19,578 bases of DNA from Deltaproteobacteria bacterium (GTDB taxonomy: Bacteria; Myxococcota_A; Polyangia; Polyangiales; Houyiibacteriaceae), in NCBI GenBank assembly GCA_034670305.1, contig JAXMNT010000082.1:1-19578 (forward strand), given 5' to 3'. The notes beneath the pieces are model-generated. The model was not told the origin of the DNA and did not search any database. It saw only the letters and a list, made by a program, of their open reading frames with translations. Positions 1 to 6,349 of this stretch are shown here, piece after piece. A program made the translations under genes and the position numbers. The stretch's first letter is position 1. Every line of letters starts with the position of its first letter.

Positions 1-1
1 G

Positions 2-125
2 TCCGCTGGGCATCGCGCTCCGATTCGCGCCTCGCCGTCGCGAAACACACGGCGTCCACGACGCGGGCAAGGGCACGGGCAAGGGCAACGGCAAGGGAGC
101 AGGTCGCTTTTCAGCGACCTGCTAG
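2..125. repeat. Left copy of a 124-bp repeat (putative MITE/REP-like element end), exact reverse complement of 19455-19578
   Basis: Base-by-base match to the reverse complement of the window end; identity stops exactly at CTAG (122-125). Contains an 11-bp hairpin AGCAGGTCGCT-TTTC-AGCGACCTGCT (98-123) and GGGCAA/GGGCAC hexamers (65-94). Confidence 0.9.
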
Positions 126-230
126 AGCGCCTAGCCGCCGACAGCGAGCTTTCGCCTCCGCCGAGTTGCTCGCTCCCGACGCGAACACAGCATCACCCCT
201 GGGACGCTGCGGATCTCCTTGAGGTGCGCC

Positions 231-629
231 CTAGAGGCTGTCGTCGAACACGGTCTCGGTGCCGCGTTGGCCGCAGGCAGCGGTGACCATCTGGGCGCGC
301 CAGCCGGTGAGGCCCGTGCTCTTGTCGACGGTCCACCCGCGGGCCTCGTAGCGGAAGCGCACGCGTTTGTTGCGCTCGGGCCACCGGAGCGTGAGCACGT
401 CGCCGACCTCTGGCGTGTAGTCGAAGTCGAAGCAGCTGCCTTCGTCGAGTTTGGCGATGACGAGCTCGAGGCAGGTTTGTTCGGTGTCGCTGTAGTGCGG
501 CATGGCGGCGCGGCCGCGGCGGTGGTTCGCGGGGAGCGAAGCGTCGAGTCGTTCGAGCACCCAGTCGGGATCGGTGAGGGTTTCGCCCTCGCAGGTGCAG
601 AGCTTGAGTCCGTGGGCCAGGTCGCACAT
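231..629 (-). CDS. Hypothetical protein (132 aa, N-terminus [13 protein letters not shown])
   Basis: C-terminal part of ORF 231..1694 with normal globular composition and G/C-ending codons. ATG at 629 has TATACT 7 nt upstream. The upstream extension is only translated microsatellite and antisense sequence. Confidence 0.7.
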   Translation of the reverse strand: MCDLAHGLKLCTCEGETLTDPDWVLERLDASLPANHRRGRAAMPHYSDTEQTCLELVIAKLDEGSCFDFDYTPEVGDVLTLRWPERNKRVRFRYEARGWTVDKSTGLTGWRAQMVTAACGQRGTETVFDDSL

Positions 630-636
630 GCAAGCG

Positions 637-642
637 AGTATA
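637..642 (-). promoter_or_regulatory. Putative -10 element TATACT (leaderless promoter)
   Basis: TATACT-N7-ATG(629), no Shine-Dalgarno. Confidence 0.5.
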
Positions 643-689
643 GGGCAGCCCGCAAGGCGGCGGCGAGGCCGAGGCGGAGGCCGAGGCCT

Positions 690-912
690 GCCGAGACCGA
701 TGCTGAAGCCGACGCCGAGGCCGAAGCCGATGCTGACGGCGATGCCGAAGCCGAACCCGAACCCGAAGCCGAAGCCGAACCCGAAGCCGAAGCCGAAGCC
801 GAAGCCGAAGCCGAAGCCGAAGCCGAACCCGAAGCCGACGCCGAAGCCGAACCCGAAGCCGAACACGTAGCCGAAACCGAGACCGAACGCCGAGACCGAT
901 GCCGACGCCGAC
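690..912. repeat. Degenerate hexamer microsatellite (GCCGAA/CCCGAA-type, about 35-37 units)
   Basis: Visible 6-nt periodicity with a near-perfect core around 744-863; lies between divergent genes. Confidence 0.9.
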
Positions 913-959
913 CCCAGGGGGCCAACCCGCCTCACTGGAAGCGGGGGCGGGCTTGCGGC

Positions 960-965
960 TACGCT
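960..965 (+). promoter_or_regulatory. Putative -10 element TACGCT (leaderless promoter)
   Basis: TACGCT-N7-ATG(973), no Shine-Dalgarno. Confidence 0.45.
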
Positions 966-972
966 CCGGGCC

Positions 973-2589
973 ATGCGGTGGGGACTGATGTGTGTGGTCT
1001 TGATTGGGCTCTCGTGTGCGGAGTCGGCGCCGCCGCCGTGCGAGGCGGTGGACTGCGAGGTCGACAACCCGTGCGCGGCCGAACCGGTCGAGTGCACCGC
1101 GGAGCCGTTGATGCTGCGGTTGCGCAGCGTGCGCGGCGATGTGGTGGGGCAGATCTTCGAGGACCGCACCGGGGTCGCCATCGAGCCGCTGCCCATGCTC
1201 GACCCTGCATTCACACCCGACGTGGACGCCGTGGTGGCGCGCCACGAAGACGGGATCGTGTTGCGCACCGGCGCGATCGTCTCGGCGTGTGGGACCGATG
1301 TGGCTTGTCTCGCGGAGATGCTCCAGGGCGACGCCGCAGCGCTGCTCCGCCGCCCGCTCTCCGCCGCCGAAGCCGCGAGCTTGTCCGCGGCGATCGGCGA
1401 AGGGAGCTCGGACGAGGTGGCGTCGGTGCTGTGGCAAGCGCGGCTCGCGCCCGAGTCGTTGATCGTGTTCGAGCGCGGTGGAGACGCGGCAGGCCGTGAG
1501 CTCGCTGACCGGTTTGCGCGGCTCGTCTGGCGGACCGGCGCCGACGCTGCGCTCGTGGAACTGGTGGAGAACCCACACGCGTTCGTCGACGCGCTGCTCG
1601 GCGACCCGCGCGCCGGGCGGGGCGCAGTCGCGATGCACGAACGTTGGCTCCACGCAGGGGTGGGTGCGCTGCACCCGACTCTGGCTGTCGACATGGAGGC
1701 TGAGACCGGCCTCTACCTCGCCTCGGTGCTGGCCGATGGGGGCGCGACCTTCGGCACGTTGCTGCGTGCGCCCTACACCTTCGCGAACGATGCGCTCGCC
1801 GAACACTACGGCTTCGACGCGCGGCCGGGCGACTTCGCCCGCGTGGAAGTGCCCGAGCGCTACAACCTGCTGACCCACGGCAGCGTGGCCGCGGGCGGCA
1901 TCACCCAGCGCGGCCGAGCGGTGTTGGCCGGCATGCTCTGCACGCCGCCGCCCGAACCCCCTGACTTCGACCCCACCATCCCGGACGATGTCGAAGGCGA
2001 CACCGAACGCGAACGGTTGCAGGCGTTCGTCTCCATGAACCCCGCCTGCGTGAGCTGCCACGCCCTCATCGACCCGTTCGGACACGCGCTCGAGGCGTAC
2101 GACACCTACGAGTCTCCCGGCCGCTACCGCGGCCCATCCGCCAACGACCTCTACGCGTTGCCCGAATGCGTGGGTGGCACCACCGCTGGCGAAGGCATGG
2201 GCGCCGCGGATCTCGCCGGATGGATCGTGCGGAGCCCCGACGCGAGGCGCTGCTACGTCGAGCAGCTGGTGACGGAGTTCGGTGAGCTCGACCACTGCGC
2301 GAAGGCGCAGGTGGATGTCTCGGAGACGCGTGGCGACGTGTCGCTGCACGACCTCTTCGTGCAGGCGGTCACCCTCGCCTACGAGCCCACCAGCACGGAC
2401 CCCGGATCACACCCATTCGTGCCGCTTCCCACCGACGACCTCGGCGACCGGCTCCCCTTGCGCACCGCCCTCGTCGCTGCCAGCGACCGGGTGGGGGTGT
2501 TGCGAACTGCAACAGACGAGCGGAACAACCGTACCCTGGACGACCTCGATGTCGGGTACAGGGAACTGCAGATCCGGCTGGCCCGCTGA
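973..2589 (+). CDS. DUF1592/DUF1588-type (PSD/PSCyt-associated) lipoprotein with one CxxCH motif
   Basis: Signal peptide with lipobox-like LIGLSC. TFANDALAEHYG is DUF1592-like. TQRGRAVLAGMLCTPPPEPP...CVSCHALIDPFGHALEAYD..GRYR is DUF1588-like. Confidence 0.8.
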   Translation: MRWGLMCVVLIGLSCAESAPPPCEAVDCEVDNPCAAEPVECTAEPLMLRLRSVRGDVVGQIFEDRTGVAIEPLPMLDPAFTPDVDAVVARHEDGIVLRTGAIVSACGTDVACLAEMLQGDAAALLRRPLSAAEAASLSAAIGEGSSDEVASVLWQARLAPESLIVFERGGDAAGRELADRFARLVWRTGADAALVELVENPHAFVDALLGDPRAGRGAVAMHERWLHAGVGALHPTLAVDMEAETGLYLASVLADGGATFGTLLRAPYTFANDALAEHYGFDARPGDFARVEVPERYNLLTHGSVAAGGITQRGRAVLAGMLCTPPPEPPDFDPTIPDDVEGDTERERLQAFVSMNPACVSCHALIDPFGHALEAYDTYESPGRYRGPSANDLYALPECVGGTTAGEGMGAADLAGWIVRSPDARRCYVEQLVTEFGELDHCAKAQVDVSETRGDVSLHDLFVQAVTLAYEPTSTDPGSHPFVPLPTDDLGDRLPLRTALVAASDRVGVLRTATDERNNRTLDDLDVGYRELQIRLAR

Positions 2590-2606
2590 GCGCTGTCGGC
2601 CTCTCG

Positions 2607-2660
2607 CAGACAGCACTGCGGTTCCGACAGACAGCACCGCGGTTCCCACAGACAGCAGCG
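2607..2660 (+). repeat. 21-bp tandem repeat, about 2.5 copies, same family as 12272-12418
   Basis: Units CAGACAGCACTGCGGTTCCGA / CAGACAGCACCGCGGTTCCCA / CAGACAGCAGCG. Confidence 0.85.
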
Positions 2661-2760
2661 AAGTCTCCGAACGGCTGAGACGCGGCGCGAGCTCGGAGAT
2701 ACGCTTCGCGGATGGCCACCCCCAAGCCCGCGGCGCTCCTGGATCCGTCGATCGAACCTC

Positions 2761-3327
2761 TTGGATCCAAGACGGTCGACCTACCAGCTGGTCGAGCACT
2801 ACTTCGCGGGTGATCCGCCGGCGAGTTTCGTGCTCGAAGCCGCACGGCTCGCAGTAGAAGGCGGTTCGGATCTGCTCCTGGCCGATGGGACGTGGTGCCA
2901 GATCATCGCGCACCTCAACGGCACCGGTTGGTCGAAGCAGGCGGTCGCTTCGGCGGTCGCCCACTTCGCTCGGTTCAACGACTTCGGCTACCCCTCGATA
3001 CAGACGACGGCGGCGGCGCTGGCCGCGGACGAAGCATGGTTCGCGCGGGCCTTCGATGCGAAGCGCGCCAACGACTTCGGTCTCCGAATGTTGGGCTTCC
3101 ACCCCGAGGTCTGCGCCGACGTGTACGCGCCCGATCACCGCAAGGCGCCGAGCGGTGGCACGCCGCGCCAGGGCGCCGGTCCCCGCACCGCGCGGGGAGG
3201 CGCGGGCATGGTCTTCCCGTGGCAAGGGTGCGGTGAATGGCACCTCCTGCTCAACGCGTTCCGTGCCAGCGCCGACATCTGGGAGTTCCACCTCAGCCAC
3301 CGACCAGCGCTCGGACTGACTCTCTAG
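2761..3327 (+). CDS. Hypothetical protein; possibly the body of a frameshifted gene whose original start is ATG 2712
   Basis: 188-codon ORF with G/C-ending codons but a weak TTG start. An out-of-frame ATG at 2712 carries the TACGCT-N6-ATG motif. Confidence 0.5.
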   Translation: MDPRRSTYQLVEHYFAGDPPASFVLEAARLAVEGGSDLLLADGTWCQIIAHLNGTGWSKQAVASAVAHFARFNDFGYPSIQTTAAALAADEAWFARAFDAKRANDFGLRMLGFHPEVCADVYAPDHRKAPSGGTPRQGAGPRTARGGAGMVFPWQGCGEWHLLLNAFRASADIWEFHLSHRPALGLTL

Positions 3328-3366
3328 TTTGCTCTCGCGAAGGGTGGCTCCGCTCGGGACCGGACC

Positions 3367-4185
3367 TCAGGAACGGGTGTGATCGAGGAGGGCGCGGAGG
3401 AACGCTTCGAGGCCGCGGCCTGGGTCTTCGTCGGTCGACGCGATGCTCTGGATCCCGCGCGCTTCCAGCACCGTCTCCTGGATGCGGTTCGGGGTCGGTA
3501 CGAAGATGTACGAGTCCGGCCGTTCGCTCGACCCGACCGAGCGCTCCCACATGCGCTGCAGGCGGTACATGAGCAGCCGGATGTTCATGTCGGCGAGCGC
3601 GTACCCGATGAACAAGATCGTTTTGCCGAGCGAGTCCGCGCGCAGCTTGATGTCGAGCGGCGACTCGAAGTCCATCCGGTCGAAGAAGTGGGCCTCGGTC
3701 AACACGAGCGACTCGTCGTGGTCGAAGTCGCCGTGGAACTTGATGATCTGCGTCTCGTCGCGGAGCGCGCCGGGGATGTCGCGCACGTCGGCGATCTTCC
3801 GGTGCGGCACGCCGCGGCGCGCGTGCGCGATCTCGAGCCAGCGGTCGTAGTTGGTCGTGTAGACGATCGGGAACTGCAGGTCGACGATGAGCTGGTGGAT
3901 CGGCGACGCGTCCACGCGGCTCTCGTCCGAGTGCCAGCGCCGGTCCATCAGACTGCGAAACGCCCCGAGGGACTTCTTCTCGAGTTTGTAGAACTCCGCC
4001 AGCACGAGCGGGTCCGCGAGGTCACGAAACTCGTCCGGTTCGAAGCCGAGCTCCTTGCCCATCTCTCCGAGCAACTCGGACCAGAGCGGCAGCCCAAGGT
4101 TCTGCGACACACCCGCGCCAACGAAGAGGATCACGTCGCGCGTTCGCATCTTCTTGGCCAGGGACGCGATCAACTCGTTCGACAT
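3367..4185 (-). CDS. SIR2-like domain protein (SIR2_2 type), stand-alone, putative NADase
   Basis: Motifs ILFVGAGVS..GLPLW..L, IVYTTNYD, IIKFHGD, LVLTE, ILFIGYALADMNIR. ATG has TAGGGT 6 nt upstream. Confidence 0.92.
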   Translation of the reverse strand: MSNELIASLAKKMRTRDVILFVGAGVSQNLGLPLWSELLGEMGKELGFEPDEFRDLADPLVLAEFYKLEKKSLGAFRSLMDRRWHSDESRVDASPIHQLIVDLQFPIVYTTNYDRWLEIAHARRGVPHRKIADVRDIPGALRDETQIIKFHGDFDHDESLVLTEAHFFDRMDFESPLDIKLRADSLGKTILFIGYALADMNIRLLMYRLQRMWERSVGSSERPDSYIFVPTPNRIQETVLEARGIQSIASTDEDPGRGLEAFLRALLDHTRS

Positions 4186-4330
4186 GTGGGCACCCTAGTG
4201 CCCGCGGTGGGCGCAGGCGACGTGAACCGTTCGCCATGCGGCCGACGAACGAACGCCAGTTCGTCCTCACGCTGGCGAACTTGGGCATGCGCGTGAGGGT
4301 GCGTTCGGGAGGAGCGACTCGGCGCGAAGC

Positions 4331-4366
4331 AAAGAAAAACGGCCTCGAGGAAACCCTCGAGGCCGT
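4331..4366 (-). terminator. Intrinsic terminator downstream of CDS 4402..6213
   Basis: Perfect 12-bp stem ACGGCCTCGAGG-(4 nt)-CCTCGAGGCCGT running into a T-rich tract on the minus strand (...GGCCGTTTTTCTTT). Confidence 0.8.
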
Positions 4367-4401
4367 CGTTCATCGTGGGCCCGGTGAACCGGGCCGCGTG
4401 C

Positions 4402-6213
4402 TCAGAGGCTGCAGAGGTGCGTCAACGTGTTGACGAACAGGTTCTGCCAGTCCGGCTGGGTGCCGGTCACGCCTTCCCAATCCTGAAGGGCGGTGGTGCC
4501 GCAGCAGGTGTCGTTGCCGTTCCAGTACATGACCGCGCCGCCACCTGCGTGGGGGACGATCTGCAACTTGCTCTGGCCGCCCGCGAAGCCCACGATCTGC
4601 GTGGCCGCTGCATCCGGACGGCAGCTGTCGTGGTCGGTGTTGCCCGCGGTCAGCGCCTGATCCATCGTGAACGTCTGGGCCGGGCCCATGGCGATCGGAT
4701 GGGTGGCGTTGGTCACCGTGGTGGCGCCGGAGAACGGACCGTCTCCGCCACCGCCGCAGCCCATCAGACCTGCGAGCCGCGCGTCGGTCGGCGAACCGAT
4801 CGAGTCGTAACCGGTCACGAGCAACACACCGCCACCGTCGAGGTAACCGTTGAGTGCCGCAAACTCCTCGTCGCTGAGGAGACGGTTGTTGAGGTGAAGG
4901 ATCGCCACATCCGCACCAGCGTAGGTGGCGGGCAAGCTGCTGTGAACGCCCGTCCCGTTCGCCGCGAACGGCGTCATGATTGCGCCAACCGCGTCGAAGA
5001 GCGGAGCAATGTTCGCGCTGTTCGCCTGGTCGCCCTGGCTGATGAACGTGACGGCGCAGGCTACCCGGCAGGTGCCGCCGTAACACGCTTCGCCAGTGGT
5101 GTCGGGATCGCCATCGTCGCAGACGGTGGCGTCGGCGACGGGCGTCACGAGGCAGTCGCCGGAGTCGGCGTCGCAGGAGCCGACGTTGCACATGTCGGTC
5201 GCCGCGGCGCAGTCCGTGGTGGTCTCGGCGAGACAGCCGAACGCGTTCGCGGCACACACCGCGCGGGTGTCGTCCATGCAGCTGACGCCTTCGGGGTCGC
5301 ACTCGACCATGCCCATGCACGGGTCGACGGCGGCGGTGGAGCACATCGCCGTCGGCTCGTCGCAGAAGCCGAACATCTCGTCGGTGCAGGTGGTGCGGGA
5401 CTCGACCTGACAGCCGAACGCATCGGTCTCACAGGTGACGAGGTCCGGGCCGTCGCAGGCGCTGCCGAGCGTCTCGCACTCGGTGACGCCGTCGCAGGGA
5501 TCGCCCGTGAACATACAGGCGGCGGGGTCGCCGCTGCAGGTGCCGCCCGCGCGGTCGGCGCAGTCGTCCATGGTCTCGACCAGACAGCCGAACGCGTTCG
5601 GCGCGCAGGTCGTCAGGGTCGTGTCGGTGCAGCTGGTGCCTTCGGTGGCACACGCGCCGGCGATTCCCTCACAGGGATCGGGCGGGAGCACACACATCGG
5701 CATGTCGCCCGAGTCGTCGCACACGCCGCCCGGCATCGCCGCGCAGTCGGTGTCCGTGAACACGAGGCAGCCACTGCCGTTGTCCGCACACATGCGGAGG
5801 GTGTCGTCGGTGCACACGCGGTCACCATCGGTGTCGCAGAGGTCCGCCGCAGGGACGCCCTCGCAGGGATCGACCACGCACATGGGGGTCGCACCCGAGT
5901 CGTCGCAGCTTCCGCCAGCGACCGCGGCGCAGTCCATGCTCGTCTCGACGAGGCAGCCGTCGGCGTTCTCGGCACAGGTGTCGAGCGAGTCGCCCGAGCA
6001 GGCCACGCCGGCCGTGGCGCAGAGCGTCAGGCCCTCGCAGGGATCGACGAACGCATCGGTTCCGCTGTCCGTTCCGCCGCCGCCACTGTCGGTGCCAGCG
6101 TCCATGCCGCCACCCGTGTCGCCGCCGCCGGCATCCGTGCCGCCCGCATCATCATCACCACAGCCAAGCGCCACAACGGCACAAAGCAAGCCTGTTATCC
6201 AGTATCTGTTCAT
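4402..6213 (-). CDS. Cys-rich repeat lipoprotein (603 aa) with a C-terminal class I GATase-like alpha/beta domain (DUF4350/ThuA-like)
   Basis: Lipoprotein signal MNRYWITGLLCAVVALGC, then a DAG/DSG linker and five ~60-aa repeats (DPCEG..C...C...C..NAxGCLVE..DC...C...C). C-terminal domain has ADVAIL..LSDEEFAALNGYLDGGGVLLVTG and THPI..GP. Confidence 0.85.
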   Translation of the reverse strand: MNRYWITGLLCAVVALGCGDDDAGGTDAGGGDTGGGMDAGTDSGGGGTDSGTDAFVDPCEGLTLCATAGVACSGDSLDTCAENADGCLVETSMDCAAVAGGSCDDSGATPMCVVDPCEGVPAADLCDTDGDRVCTDDTLRMCADNGSGCLVFTDTDCAAMPGGVCDDSGDMPMCVLPPDPCEGIAGACATEGTSCTDTTLTTCAPNAFGCLVETMDDCADRAGGTCSGDPAACMFTGDPCDGVTECETLGSACDGPDLVTCETDAFGCQVESRTTCTDEMFGFCDEPTAMCSTAAVDPCMGMVECDPEGVSCMDDTRAVCAANAFGCLAETTTDCAAATDMCNVGSCDADSGDCLVTPVADATVCDDGDPDTTGEACYGGTCRVACAVTFISQGDQANSANIAPLFDAVGAIMTPFAANGTGVHSSLPATYAGADVAILHLNNRLLSDEEFAALNGYLDGGGVLLVTGYDSIGSPTDARLAGLMGCGGGGDGPFSGATTVTNATHPIAMGPAQTFTMDQALTAGNTDHDSCRPDAAATQIVGFAGGQSKLQIVPHAGGGAVMYWNGNDTCCGTTALQDWEGVTGTQPDWQNLFVNTLTHLCSL

Positions 6214-6349
6214 TATTCCATCCCTATGACATGACGGTACCCACCGCCCAATCGGGCACGATACCACGCATTGGGGATACGTCTCCCCGACGCTGTGCCC
6301 TCGCTCAACCGGCAAGACATCCCGCACGAAGAGCGCAATTTTCTGGAGG

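Noticed and set aside
65-94. Telomere of a linear replicon
   Set aside because: Only about 5 hexamers, internal to the repeat; the G-rich strand runs inward rather than toward the 3' end; no replication or terminal-protein genes.
121-234. Integron attC site or second small element between CTAG sites (122, 131, 231)
   Set aside because: Only a short AGCGAGC/GCTCGCT stem; no RYYYAAC/GTTRRRY boxes and no integrase.
131-2349. Long overlapping ORFs (131..925, 193..2349, 219..1499, 502..870) encoding SA/GF/RL/AE/PK dipeptide runs
   Set aside because: They are translations of the hexamer microsatellite and antisense shadows of real genes in stop-poor GC-rich DNA; no credible starts.
2587-2760. TGA readthrough or selenocysteine fusing the DUF1588 gene to the in-frame ORF 2761..3327
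   Set aside because: The intervening frame is open but has non-coding-like codon usage and crosses a tandem repeat; no SECIS-like evidence.
3367-4185. Assignment to Thoeris, Sir2-HerA, DSR or SPARSA, or to the CobB deacylase
   Set aside because: No SLOG/Macro/APAZ/TPR extension and no TIR, HerA or pAgo neighbour; lacks the CobB Zn-binding Cys pairs.
4170-4433. Small ORFs 4170..4373 (-) and 4236..4433 (+)
   Set aside because: They span the terminator hairpin or the SIR2 promoter, overlap neighbouring genes and show no recognisable motifs.
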